From the NCBI GenBank assembly GCA_038087875.1, contig CM075991.1, positions 8,558,001 to 8,622,000 of the forward strand: a DNA stretch of 64,000 nt, given 5' to 3'. The stretch comes from Malacoraja senta (taxonomy: Eukaryota). The notes under the pieces are model-generated. The model worked only from the letters and a program-made list of their open reading frames with translations. It did not search any database and was not told the DNA's origin. Positions 24,452-37,867 of this stretch are shown here, piece after piece (positions within the stretch are counted from its first letter, which is position 1; every line of letters begins with the position of its first letter). A program made the position numbers and the translations under genes.

Positions 24452-24768
24452 AGTTTAGTTGAGATTAGTTTAGAGGTACAGCAGGGAAACAGGCCCTTCG
24501 TCCCATCAAATCCGCACCGACCAGCAATCCCTGCACATTAACACTATCCTACACACACTAGGGACAATTTTACATTTACACCAAGCCAATTAACCTACAA
24601 ACCTGTGCGTCTTTGGAGTGTGGGAGGAAACCGAAGATCTCAGAAAAACCCCATGGAGGTCACGGGGAGAAGGTACAAACTCCGTACAGACAAGCACCCG
24701 TCATCAGGATCAAATCCAGGTCTCTGGCGCTGTAAGGCAGCAACTCTACCGCTGCGCCACTGTGCTGC
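24452..24768 (-). mobile_element. HE1-type SINE
   Basis: Consensus match. Confidence 0.85.
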
Positions 24769-26452
24769 CGGCTACTTTGAGATGTTTGAGGTCATCCTAA
24801 GCCTAGGTAGCTCAAATCAAATTTATCAAAAAATAAAATACCAATCAAATGAACGTGGCTTTCCTTGCGTCTACAAGAAGCTGAAACTCATGTGGGACAA
24901 TCTCGTGCATCATCAGTCGCTCTGGATATAATTTCTCAGTCTTGAATAATTATCTTTAAGCAGCTTACACATGCCTGAGTGATTCGCTTTTTTTTTTGTG
25001 CAAAACTTTACCCAAGGAATTCAAGCTTCTCATCGCAGGGTTACAAGAGTGAATATGCTCCAAGCAACACAATAGTTTACTTGCAACATATTTCTTATCT
25101 GCATAATCCATTCCGATAAGGTGTCAAATTAGTATGTTAATGATGAAATCCTGTTAGCTCATACAGTCAGAATACCAGGCAGATAATTTATCTGTCGCAG
25201 GCAATGCATTAGAAGTATTCGGCTGTAATTTCTGCAGGCCAATCTCATTCTAATATTTGCCAAATGCTTAATGATTCAAATTTAGTCCTTGCAAGAAAAA
25301 TGACAGACATTTTCTTCTCCCCGTTGGGTAAATTAAACTCACTTCATCAAATGGGTTTCTCTGGGTTAATAAAGATTGCTCCATCTGGGTGGGACTGCTG
25401 TAGTAAGTGATCAAGCTCGTCTGGTTTTGTATGGAACCAGACTTGTGAAGAATCCTGCAAACAATCTTAGGTTTTGTCCTCATTCCGCAGCAGAGACTGG
25501 GTACTCTGAAGAGTTTAGTTTGGTTTAGAAATATAGCGCGGAAACAGGCCCTTCAGCACCCCCGAGTCCGCGCCGACTTCCCACCATCCAGTCCATCTTC
25601 GCAGTGCGTTGCACCAGGAAGGATATGAAGAATTGTCAAGGATGCCTGGCTCAGCCTCAGTTAGGGTATTTTGTAAAGGTGTAGGATGCTGGTTCAAACC
25701 AAACATAGACACAAAAAGCTGGAGTAACTCTACGGGTCAGGCAGCATCTCTGGAGAGACGGAATGGGTGACGTTTTGGGTTGAGATCCTTCTTCAGACGT
25801 AAGGGTGTCAAGGGTTACGGGGAGAAGGCAGGAGAATGGGGTTGCGAGGGAAAGATCGATCCTCCATGATTGAATAACGGGGTAGCCTTTTTAGGTATAT
25901 TCTGACCCTGGACTGCTGTGCGGAGTTTGCATGTTCTCCCTGTAACAGCGTGGATTTCCTCCCTGATCCCAACGACGTGCGGATTTGCAGGTTAATTGTC
26001 CTCTGTAAATTTGTACCTAATGGATCGGCCATGATTGAATGGCGGAGTGGACTTAATGGGCCGAATGGCCTTAATTCTGCTCCTGGAATTTATGAACTTA
26101 TCAACTTTCACACTGGACATTCCCTTTTCTCTCTATTAATTTCAGGGAGAAGATACAGGAGTTTGAAAGCCCAGACATCCAGACTTAGGAACAGCTTTTA
26201 CCCCACAGATGGCCATCATGTTTAATGTTTTATGTGTCATTCCTAACTGTCACTGTATGTCATGTTGTCACTTGCGGGTGGAGCACCAAGGCAAATTCCT
26301 TGTATGTGAATACTTGACCAATAAACTTATTCATTCATTCATTCAGACTCCAGAACCGGTCACCTCTTTCACAACTACTTCCCAAAGGTGCTGTCTTATT
26401 CTCTTATTCAAAACTCTGCCTCATTCAGTTATTTTGCTATCATACATTTAAT

Positions 26453-26777
26453 CTCCCTGTTGGATTGCAACCTTGTCGTGGTCGGGGAGCTTGTGTGTCT
26501 CAGTGACCCCTAGAGCTATGCCAGCGGGAGATTCGTCTCCTGTTAGGGTCTCCCATGCTGGACAGGTGGAAGGGTAGAGGCGAGACGAAGAGCGATCCAC
26601 TGGTCCTCCAGGTTGGAGGTTGAGCACAGGGCTAACAACCCTGTCTCGTAAAACAAATATGTTACAGAAACAGCAACTGAAGGAATCAACACTACTGGCC
26701 GTGATGGACCCAGAACAGACAGGATTGGAGGACCTTCGTTGCTGCCCTACATGCCAGGAGGCATAATAGGCAGTATA
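26453..26777 (+). mobile_element. Bipartite (internally deleted) RTE-clade non-autonomous retroelement
   Basis: RTE-like 5' UTR (ACCTTGTCGTGGTCGGGGAGCTTG...) joined to an RTE-like ORF end (QNRQDWRTFVAALHARRHNRQ). TSD ACATTTAAT at 26444-26452 and 26778-26786. Confidence 0.75.
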
Positions 26778-27942
26778 ACATTTAATATTAATCTATTAAA
26801 AACATAAATATTAAATATTTTTACATTTTAAATATATTTTTTGCACTCTTTCAGATTGCACACCAATCTTTGCACCATTCAGCTGTTTTGCATTCATGGT
26901 TGCATGCATTGTGTTTATCATCACTGTTTGCATGTTGTTAACTCTATGAGCTTCATGCAAACAAGAAACTTCATTGCACTCTGGTGTAAATAACAGTAAA
27001 CTAATCCTAATGTGAATCCGAATTCTGTGCCGACCGTCAGCAGTCCATGGACACAAACCCTACAATAATTCTATTTGCTTTAATCTCCCCACATTCTCAT
27101 CAACTCTCCTGAGATTCTATCACGTAACTGCATGCTGGGGGCGACTTTATAGAGGCCAATTAACCTGCTCTAGATATTTCAGCACATTCAGCCCATCGGG
27201 TCTACCCTGCCATTCAATCATGGCTAACCTTTCTTTCCCTCTCCACCTCAAAGGAAGGGAATGGACAGAAATCATAACCAATTTTGTTTCCAGAGCTACC
27301 CGCACAAGCAGTAGATATTGGCAAGAGCTGTAACTCTGGACAGCGAGGCAGCTTTTCTGTACATTGGTTAATTGAAAGCATCTGGGTCAGCATTGGTAAC
27401 ACGGAGCTCAAATCCTTTAGCATCTGCTCTTATCAACCTGTATAAGCAGTGTCTCCAGTTAAGTATGGTGACCCAATTCAGTCACATGCTTTTGCCAGTT
27501 CTTTTTACGTGGCAGAACTATTGTTCGGCTGCATTTGGAGTATTGCATGCATTTGGAGTATTGCATTCCCCATTACAGGAAGGATGCGGAGGTTTTGGAG
27601 AGAGGGCAGAAGAGGTTTACCAGAATGATGCCTGGATTAGAGGGGATTATTTACAGGTGGAGGTTGGACAAACTTGGGTTGTTTCCTTTGGAGATTTGGA
27701 GGCTGGCGGCAGAATCAATAGAAGTTTATAAAGTTACGAGAGGCACAGATAGGGTAGACAGTCAGAACCTTTTTCCCCGGGTGGAAATGTTAAAGACTAG
27801 AGATCAGAGCGAGAAAGTTTAAAATAGATGAGCTGGGCACGTTTTTTTACAGAGAGAGTAGGTGCCCGGAATACACTGTCTGGGAACATGGTGGAAGCTG
27901 AGAGTGATGCTTACGATGTTTACGATGTATGGATAGGCACAT

Positions 27943-28275
27943 GAGTGTGAAAACGCACATGCACACCACCAGATTCAGGGACAGTTTCTTCCCGGCTGTT
28001 ATCAGGCAACTGAATCATCCTACCACAACCAGAGAGCGGTGTCGAACTACTATCTACCTCTTTGGTGACCCTCGGACTATCCTTGATTGGTCTTTGCTGG
28101 CTTTACCTTGCACTAAACGTTATTCCCTTATCATGTACAGTACCTATACACTGTAAATTAATCGATTGTAATCATGTATTGTCTTTCTGCTGGCTGGTTA
28201 GCACACGACAAAAGCTTTTCACTGTACCTCGGTACACGTGACAATCAACTAAACTGAAACTGAAACTGAAACTGA
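27943..28275 (+). mobile_element. Rex1/Babar-like LINE 3' end
   Basis: Translates SVKTH..TTRFRDSFFPAVIRQLN. Tail GTACACGTGACAAT...(CTGAAA)n. Confidence 0.7.
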
Positions 28276-28530
28276 TCAGCAAATATATTGTGGGCTGATG
28301 AGCTTGTTCCTGTGCAACACTGTTCTATGTTCTGTATGTATTTGGATCTATGTTTTCTCCCTGGCCTAGTTACTCATACAGCCTTTCAACCTGGTGGAAC
28401 AGGTACAAAGAGATCAAAATTGCTGGAAAACCTCAGTAGGTCAGGCAGCATATGTGGAAGGAAACGGACGGTGAACATTTCAATTCGAGTACTGTACTCA
28501 GCGTGTAGAGGTAAGATAATCAGAGTAATG

Positions 28531-28850
28531 GGCGACACTGTGGCGTAGCGGTAGAGTTGTTCCCTCACAGCACCAGAGACCAGGGTTCAATCCTGACTAC
28601 GGGTGCTGTCTGTACGGAGTTTGTACCTTCTCCCTGTGAACTGCGTGGGTTTTCTCCGGGTGCTCCGGATTCCACCCACATGCCAAAGATGTACAGGTTT
28701 GTCGGCTAATTGGATTCGCTTAAAATTGGAAAAAACAAATTGTCCCTCGTGTGTGTAGGATAGTGTAAGTGTTAGGGGGGGTGGGGGGATCGCTGGTCGG
28801 CGCGGACTTGGTGGGCCGAAGGGCCTGTATCTCTCAAGTGTAAAGTGTAA
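28531..28850 (+). mobile_element. HE1-type SINE
   Basis: Consensus match. Confidence 0.85.
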
Positions 28851-29233
28851 TGAGGCCTGAGGCTGGGTGTAATGAGGCTGGGTGTCGGGTGACGAGGATC
28901 AAGCATTGAAGGTTGGTCAAACAGATACAAATTCCACTTGCATGAATAAACCTCATCACTTCTGCAGATTTGAACAAAAACATGCTCGACTGCTCCACAG
29001 CAGACAATTCGCATAATCTTTAAATAAGAGTCAGAACAGGGGTCAGCTTAAAGATTATTCAGAATTGCTGAATATTCAGTCTCATCAGCTGGATGCTGTG
29101 TATTGTAAATGTTGGTTTGTTTTGACACAAGTTAGATGGGATCAGCAGAAGAATTATCCTTCTCATACTTCAAAGGCTCCTTAGATAACGTGCTTGCTTC
29201 ATTTTTCTCCTGATTAATTGCATCTCTGAAGAA

Positions 29234-29565
29234 TAGCCCTGTCCCACGGTACGAGTTCATTCCAAGAGCTCTCCCGAGTTTAAAACAAATCAAATTTGTG
29301 GTAAGCACGGAGAATGAACGTAGCGGGTACGTCGGAGCTCGGGGACGTCTCTTCGCGGCTCGTAACGCTAACGGCAGGTACTCGGGAAGACTCGCTAACG
29401 GCAGGTAAGCTCGGGAATACTCGTGAAGATTTTTCAACATGTTGAAAAATGTCCACGAGAGCCCCGAGTACCGACGAGCGGCCATTACCGTAAATCTCCC
29501 GAAGTTCGAATCGGGGCAAACTCGGGAGAGCTCTTGGAATGAACTCGTACCGTGGGACAGGGTTT
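29234..29565. mobile_element. Harbinger-type MITE inserted in a hammerhead core
   Basis: TIR CCCTGTCCCACGGTACGAGTTCATTCCAAGAGCTCTCCCGAG. GAA TSD at 29231-29233 and 29566-29568. Confidence 0.85.
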
Positions 29566-29697
29566 GAAGGGTCTCGACCTGAAACGTCACCCATTCCCTC
29601 TCTCCAGAGACGCTGCCTGTCCCGCTGAGTTACTCCAGCATTTTGTGTCTATCTTCGGTTTTAAACCAGCATCTGCAGTTCCTTCCTACACATTGCT

Positions 29698-29851
29698 TCC
29701 GTCAGTCTGCCCCAGGGCAGCTGTGGCTACAGAAGTAGCTCACCACCACCGAGTGTGACTGAGGAGTGAATGAATAATGCGATGTAAAGCGCCTTGGGTA
29801 TTAGAAAGGCGCTATATAAATCCCATCCATTATTATTATTATTATTATTAT
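29698..29851 (+). mobile_element. 3' part of an L2-tailed SINE
   Basis: CCCCAGGGCAGCTGTGGCTAC...TGTAAAGCGCCTTGGGT...AAAGGCGCTATATAAAT followed by (TAT)n. Confidence 0.65.
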
Positions 29852-31244
29852 AATGTGTGGGTGCCAAGTATTCTATGATTGTATCCAGGTTTCAACGGTT
29901 AGGGTTGAATTTTATCACTGAAATGTATAAAGATTACTTATTATATTGCACACACGAACCAAATCAACGTACTTGCATCAGATGTGTGGGCTCAGATTGG
30001 AAACCTTATTTTGCATCACTTTATTATCCATTACCTTCCAGGATTTGTAGTTTAGTTTAGTTTATTGTCACGTATCGAGGCTGCATGCTTACCAGTCAGC
30101 GGAATATATGATTACACTAGAGCCATCCACAGTGTACAGATTCAGGCGAATGGGAATCACTCAGTGGGTCAGGCAGCATCTCTGGAGAAAAGGAATAGGT
30201 GACGTTTTGGGTCAAGACCCTTCTTCAGACTGAAAAAGGGTCTCGATCTGAAACGTCACCAATACCTTTTCTCCAGAGATGCTGCCTGACCTGCCGAATT
30301 ACTCCAGCATTTAGTGTCTATCTTTGGTGCAAATCAACATCTGCAGTCCCTTCTGACACTTCTGACAGCACTCACGTGTATTTGAGTACACATTGGAGAC
30401 CCTCGGACTAATTGGACTTTAATTACTGGACTTTATCTTGCATCAAACGCTAATCCCTTTATGAATAGCGCTTGATGCAAGATAAAGTCCAGTGAATGTC
30501 CAATTAAAGATAGTCCGAGGGTCTCCAATGTGTACTCAAATACACATGAGTTTGTAGGGTTAATTGGCCTTCTGCAGAACTGCCCCAAGTGGATAGGGAG
30601 TCAATGGTAATTCACAAGAACGTAGAACTAGTGTGAATGGGTGATTGATAATCGGTGTGGACTCAGTGGGCCGAAGCTCGAGCTCTATAACTAAAACTAA
30701 ACACAATAGTGCCGCTCCAGGAAGGCTGGAGAGTGACCACAGCAGAAGATGAGCGCTGGACACAGAAAGCTGGAGTAACTCAATTGATCAGACGGCATCT
30801 CTGGAGAAAAGGAACAGGGTGACGTTTCAGGTCGAGACGTGTGGGCTTCAGTCTTGACCCCTTCAGTTCAGTCTCTCTGCCTCAGAGGGCGGTGGAGGCA
30901 GGTTCTCTGGATGCTTTCAAGAGAGAGCTAGATAGGGCTCGTAAAAATAGCGGAGTCAGGGGATATGGGGAGAAGGCAGGAGCAGGGTACTGATTGGGGA
31001 TGATCAACCATGATCACATTGAATGGCGGTGCTGGCTCGAAGGGCCAAATGGCCTACTCCTGCACCTATTGTCTATTGTCTCTGGAGAACAGGGAATAGG
31101 AGACGTTTTGGGTCGGGACTTCCATATCTCTAGACTCCCTCTCCCCTGACTCTCAGTCTGGAGAAGGGGCTCGACCTGAAACGTCACCCATTCCTTCTCT
31201 CCAGAGACACTGCCTGTCCCTCTGAAAGTGGGCGAGGCAGCAAT

Positions 31245-31277
<33 letters not shown>

Positions 31278-31454
31278 GCAGCCAGGCCACAGATGTGAAG
31301 GCAGGAGGAGGAGGAGGAGGGGGAAAGATAGGGGAAGGCCCTTCATCTCAGTTTAAAGGTTTAGTTTGTTATCATGTGGTCGGCGAGAAGCTTTCGCCCA
31401 TCCCATAGTGAGACAGACAGACGATGCTCAGCGGGTCAGGCAGCATCTCTATGA

Positions 31455-31878
31455 GTTGAGTTTAGAAGGATGAGAGGGAATCTCGTTGAAACATATAAGA
31501 TTGTTAAGGGCTTGGACACGCTAGAGGCAGGAAACATGTTCCCGATGTTGGGGGAGTCCAGAACCAGGGGCCACACACAGTTTAAGAATAAGGAGTAAGC
31601 CATTATCAACAGAGATGAGGAAACACTTTTTCTCACAGAGAGTGGTGAGTCTGTGGAATTCTCTGCCCCAGAGGGCGGTGGAGGCCAATTCTCTGGATGC
31701 TTTCAAGAGAGAGCTAGATAGGGCTCTTAAAAATAGCAGAGTCAAGGGATATGGGGAGAAGGCAGGAACGGGGTGCTGATTGGGGATGATCAGCCATGAT
31801 CACATTGAATGGCGGTGCTGGCTCGAAGGGCCAAATGGCCTACTCCTGCACCTATTGTCTATTGTCTATTGTCTATTC
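31455..31878 (+). mobile_element. CR1 3' fragment with (TATTGTC)n tail
   Basis: ORF2 C-terminal motif and tail. Confidence 0.85.
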
Positions 31879-34257
31879 ACCCGAAAAGTCACCTATTCCT
31901 TTTCTCCGGAGATGCTGTCTGGCCCGGTGGTTTACCCCAGCTTTTTGTGTCTATCTTTGGTTTCCTTCCCACACAGAATATGAATGTTGTCCCTTGAACT
32001 ACATTTGGCCTCATTGACTGCAAGATATAGTAATGGAAACGCCACCCTCCAGCCTATTGGGTCCATCATCACCCATTCACACTAGTTCTATATTATCCCA
32101 CTTTCTTACCCACTCCCAGCACATTTGGGAGTCATTTTACAGCAGCCTAGAAACCCACGTGTCCTTTGGGGATGTGGGAGGAAACCAGTGCACCCGGAGA
32201 AAATCCACGCGGTCACAGGAGAGAAGTGAAAACTGCACTCCGACAGCACCCGAGGTCAGGATCGAACCGGGGTCTCTGGCGCTGGAGGCAGCGGCTCTAC
32301 CGGCTGCGTCACTGTGCCGCCCAATGTAAACATGCAGGAAGACACAGGAAGTCGAAGTCAAAGTCAAATTTATGCACCAACGACGGTGCAGTGAAATAGA
32401 TTTGCCAGCAGCGATACACTTAGGAGATCAGAGGAGGGGCAAGAGCGGGGAATTAAAATGATGAAGAATAGCCCGAGATCTCCGTGGCTGCAAGACAGAT
32501 ATGCCTCCGAGCCACCAGAACATTAGAGAACCAGATGTTTATGTGGATAACATTATCACCTCCAGCTTTTAAACCATTAATTAATTGTATTCCGACAGGA
32601 GCTGTTGTGTGTTTTGAACGATTATCTCTGGGCCAGTTCTCCAATCCTTTGCATTACATGTCGAATTTCATAAAGTCACTCAGAGTCCAACATCCCATCT
32701 CGAACCGTTTGCACTGATGGGATTTGACCTTGCATCTCTACATCAGTAGCTCAGAACTCTGGCTGCCGGCTCAATGTGTGATGATGATGATGAAGCATGA
32801 TGCCACTGCACCTTGTATCTATACGGCTGTGTACAAAAACAGTGGTTCACCGATGAAAGACTTCACTGCCCACCATCTCCTTGTTCCCTCACCGTATGGA
32901 CATGAGTCGAAGTGTTTAATAAGTACTTGTCCCTCTCCGCACACACTGGGCTCTTGTCCAAACCTAACCTCCTTTATTAGTTGTAATAAATTGGCATGGG
33001 CACCAGTGAAGGAACAACAGCTGTCCAGGGGTAACAAATGATTCTTCTCTTTCTGGGGTTTGCTTTGAACAACTGGATCCAGCAACAGTAACCTGGCTTT
33101 ACCTCGCGCTGAACGTTATTCACTCCTCATGTATCTCTGCACTCGACTGTAATCGTGTATTTTCTTTCCGCTGACTGGATAGAACGCAACAAAAGCTTTT
33201 CACTGTACCTCGGTACACGTGACGAGAAAGGAAACTGAATAACCCCCAGTTTTCTCCACTCCTCTCGGCCCCGGTTTTACCAGCAGAAGCAGCGGCTGAG
33301 GGCCTGATTCCGGGAATTCACTCCTGGCATGGACATGCAGGGAATGGAGGAGTATGGATCACGTGGATATTTTTACGGCTGAGATGGACAAATTCTTCAT
33401 TAGAATGGGTGCCATGGTTTATGGGGAGAAGGCAGGAAAGTGGGATCCAGAGGCAGAGATCAGCCATGATTGAATGGCGGGGTAGACTCAATGGGCCGAA
33501 TGGCCTCATTCCACTCCCATGACTAGTGAACGCGCAGGCAGATGAAACCAGATTATCTTGGCGTCATGTTTGATACACATATTTTGGGGCCAATGGGCCT
33601 GTTCCAGTTCTGCACTTTTCTATGTTCCATGTTCCATGTTAAAACTCTCCTTGAAACCTATTCCTTTAACCAACCCGATGGTCATTTGAATCACATCTAA
33701 TTCCACTAAAGTCAAAAGTGTCTTATTGTCGTATGTCCCAGATAGAGGAATGAAATTCTTACTTGCAGCAGCCCAACACAATATGTAAACAATTTCATAA
33801 ACGAGAGAAAAATATATCTATATATATATATACACACACACAAACACAAACAAAGAATAATATTTCAAAAAGACAAACCAATGCCCCCGTCTATGTAGTT
33901 CGGAGCTTATTTGGAGGTTGTAGTGTTAATATCGCCTGATGGCTGTAAGGAAGAAGCTGATCATGAACCTGGACGTTACAGTTTTCAGGATCCTGTACCT
34001 TCTTCCCAATAGACATAGAGTGCTGGAGTAACCCAGCGGGTCAGGCAGCATCTCTGGAGAAGAGGAATAGGTGATGTTTCGGGTCGAGACCCTTCTCCAG
34101 ACTACAGAGATGCAGCCTGACCCGTTGAGTTACTCCAGCATTTTGTGTCTATCTTCGGTATAAAGTCGGGACCCTTCTTCAGTCACCCCCAGACGGTCTT
34201 CTACCCTGTCTAGACCCTTTCATTAAAAAAAGTCCCAGTGAGGACCCCTTTTCGCGC

Positions 34258-34400
34258 TTCTTCTCTTCTTGCGTATGGCGTGCACAGCCTAAAGTTGTGG
34301 GACAACTTGTTCTATTTGATCTTATTTCATTGTTCACGCCGGGTTGGTTGCATTCGTCAAAACAGAGCGGACCACGTGAAGGTTGCAATCTCCCCCCACC
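34258..34400 (-). mobile_element. HDV-like-ribozyme-headed short retroelement, copy 3 (diverged)
   Basis: Same body and AAGAAG tail, with substitutions in P1', P4 and P2' and an expanded G run at the 5' end. Confidence 0.8.
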
Positions 34401-34416
34401 CCCCCCCCCCTCTGCT

Positions 34417-35032
34417 GGTCCACTGGTCCACTGGTCCACTGGTCCACTGGTCCACTGGTTCACTGGTCCACTGGTCCACTGGTCCACAGGTCCACTGGTC
34501 CACAGGTCCACTGGTCCACTGGTCCACTGGTCCACAGGTCCACTGGTTCACTGGTCCACTGGTTCACTGGTTCACTGGTCCACTGGTCCACTGGTCCACT
34601 GGTTCACTGGTCCACAGGTCCACTGGTTCACTGGTCCACTGGTTCACTGGTTCACTGGTCCACTGGTCCACTGGTCCACTGGTCCACAGGTCCACTGGTC
34701 CACTGGTTCACTGGTTCACTGGTCCACTGGTCCACAGGTCCACTGGTCCACTGGTTCACTGGTCCACTGGTCCACAGGTCCACTGGTTCACTGGTCCACT
34801 GGTCCACTGGTTCACTGGTCCACTGGTCCACAGGTCCACTGGTTCACTGGTCCACTAGTCCACAGGCCCACTGGTCCACTGGTCCACTGGTCCACAGGTC
34901 CACTGGTTCACTGGTTCACTGGTCCACTGGTTCACTGGTTCACTGGTTCACTGGTCCACTGGTTCACTGGTCCACTGGTTCACTGGTCCACTGGTCTACT
35001 GATCCACTGGTCCACTGATCCACTGGTCCACT
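34417..35032. repeat. 8-bp tandem repeat (GGTCCACT, variants GGTTCACT/GGTCCACA), 77 units
   Basis: 616 bp divided by 8 gives 77 units. It explains the WSTGPLVH ORFs. Confidence 0.95.
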
Positions 35033-35943
35033 GCCCCTCCTCCTCTTGGACTCCCCCCCAGACGACCTTCTTTCATATATTTTTTTTTAACTTTCCACAT
35101 ACTCGAATTCCACTACCACTGTTTTCAACTATGCAGGGATATTTTACTATATTTATGAAAAAATATATAATATAAATTCAAGCTGTGGTTGGTCAAATCT
35201 AGAAGTCAGCATGAGTCTCCGCAGAATATAATTCTCTCGGCTGGAAGCTCATCGTCGTGAAATATTGACTGTCTCTCTCTCTCTCTCTCTCTGGAAGCTT
35301 TTTCTATGTCTGTAAATTCCAGGTTTATCAGGCTGCTTAAATTTAAATGTCTCAGGGTGCTGTGATGGGATTTGAAGTCACAATGCAGCATCAGTAGTCC
35401 AGAACTCTGGCTGCTAGTTCAATATGTTATTACAGGAGGGCCTTGGTGAGACTGCTGATGAGGTTTGGTCATAAGGTCATAAGGAATAGCAGCAGAATTA
35501 GACCATTCGGCCCATCGAGTCTACCCCGCCATTCAATCATGGCTGATCTATCTCTCCCTCCTAACCCCATTCTCCTGCCTTCTCCCCATGACCTGTGCCA
35601 CCTGCACTAATCAAGAGGGTGCAGGTCCACCAGTTTGCTGTAAGAGGTCAGGCAGCCTGGAGCTTCATTCTCCAGGGTCAAGAAGAACGAGAGGGAAGAA
35701 CAACATTCCCAGTTGTCCAATGCTTTAACTTGGAGGGACAGCAATTCATATTTGGCTTGGGCAGCTTACAACCCAGAGATAGACACAAAATGCTGGAGTA
35801 ATTCAGCATGTCAGGCAGCATCTCTGGAGAGAAGGAATGGGTGACGTTTCGGGGCGAGACCCTTCTTCAGACTCCACCTCACCGATTCCTCTCCTCCAGA
35901 TATGCAGCCTGTCCCGCTGAGTTACTCCAGCATTTTGTGTCTA

Positions 35944-36375
35944 CAATAGACAATAGACAATAGGTGCAGGAGTAGGCCATTCGGACCTTCGAGCCAGCAC
36001 CGCCATTCAATGTGATCATGGCTGATCATCCCCAATCAGTACCCCGTTCCTCCCTTCTCCCCATATCCCCTGACTCCGCTATATTTAAGAGCCCTATCTA
36101 GCTCTCTCTTGAAAATATCCAGAGAACCAGCCTCCACCGCCTTGAGAATTCCACAGACTCACAACTCTCTGTGAGATAAAGTGTTTCCTCGTCACCGTTC
36201 TAAATGGCTTACTCCTTTATTCTTAAACTGTGGCCCCTGGTTCTGGACTCCCCCAACATCGGAAACATGTTTCCTGCCTCTAGCATGTCCAAGCCCTTAA
36301 TAATCTTATATGTTTCAATAAGATCCTCTCTCATCCTTCTAAACTCCAGAGTGTACAAGCCCAGCCGCTCCATTC
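35944..36375 (-). mobile_element. CR1 3' fragment inserted in a pLTR
   Basis: (CAATAGA)n tail on the plus strand. The pLTR resumes at 36376. Confidence 0.85.
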
Positions 36376-37220
36376 TCTACCTTCGATTTAAACCAGCATC
36401 TGCAGTTCTTTCCTTACCGTACAACCCAGAGGTATGAGTATTGATTTCGCTAACTCCAAGTAACCCATGAATCCCCCCTCGCTCCATCCCTCCCCCACAT
36501 AAGCTGTTTTACTTGCTTCAAAGTCATCTTGTTGAGTCTCATTATCTGTAACTCGTTTTTCACCTAGCCCACAGCTAACCTGTTGCCTTTATCACCGTAA
36601 CTTTTTTTGCATATCTTTCATTTATTTGTTCTATATCTCTCCATATCACCATCTATATCTCTCGTTTCCCTTTCCCCTGACTCTCAGTCTGAAGAAGGGT
36701 CGTTCCCCGAAACGTCACCCATTCCTTCCCTCCAGAGATGCTGTCTGACCCGCTGAGTTACTCCAGCCTTTTGTGTCTATCTTCGGTTTAAACCAGCGTC
36801 TGCAGTTGCTTCCTAAACATTCTTAAATGGTTTGACGGGTTAGATGGAGAGAAGATATTCTCCCTGACTGAGGATTCTTGGGACAGTGGGCCCAGTTGGA
36901 GAATAAGAGGCAATGTCATTTGGGATTGGATTGAGAAGTTTCTTCACTCAGAGGTAGACCAGATTAGTTGAGTTTATTGTCACGCGTACTGTGGCACAGT
37001 GAGAAGCTTTTGTTGAGCGCTATCCAGTCAGCGGAAAGACCATACATGATTACAATCGAGCCGTCCACAGTGTACAGATACATGATAAAGAGAATAACAG
37101 TTAGTGCAAGGTAATGGTGCCAGAGGTTATGGGGAGAAGGCAGGAGAATGGGGTTGAGAGGGAGAGATAGATTAGCCATGATTGAATGACAGAATAGACT
37201 TGATGGGCCAAATGGCCCTA

Positions 37221-37475
37221 AGGGCCTGTCCCACTTTCACGACCTAATTCACGACCTCTGCCGAGTTTGCCCTTGACTCATACTCGCAGCATGGTCGTCA
37301 TGGGGTCATAGGAGGTCGTAGGAGGTCGTAGGAGGTCGTAGGAGGTCGTAGGAGGCCGTGATGCTAGTCGTAGGTACTCGTGGCATCAAGTAGGTCGGGG
37401 CGTTTTTCTAGCCTGATGAAAAATGTCCACGAGTAAAAAAGGTCGTGAATTAGGTCGTGAAATTGGACAGGCCCT
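37221..37475. mobile_element. Harbinger-type MITE (same subfamily as 15599-15834) in a CR1 tail
   Basis: Same TIRs and body. The internal GGAGGTCGTA decamer is expanded. Confidence 0.85.
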
Positions 37476-37867
37476 TTCTTCTGCTCCTAGAATTTATGAA
37501 CATATGACCTCTCAGGTCCAGTAAAGTCCCATTAAATATAGGTCTCCAATGAGGTAGACAGTAACGCAGGATTGCTCTCTAGTTGTTGGTAGAATGGTTC
37601 AGTTGCCTGATAACAGCTGGGAACAAGCTGTCCCTGAATCTGGGCTGACATTGACTGACCAGACTATGTTATATGAGAGTGGCCTGGTAATCTGTGACTG
37701 TTCTCCATCCAACTGAAGCCCAATACTGTATTGGGAACCATTCTTGCTGAAGGGCCCCTCTTGAAACCTCTTTTAACCTGTACTACTCAGATCTAACGTT
37801 GGATCCACAACCCGATTTGATTTGTTCTTTTTCATATCTTTCATTCATTTGTTCTTTATACCTTTTC

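Noticed and set aside
34238..35175. Long ORFs (206-292 aa) with WSTGPLVH repeats
   Set aside because: Artefact of a nearly stop-free 8-bp tandem repeat read in three frames, with no gene context.
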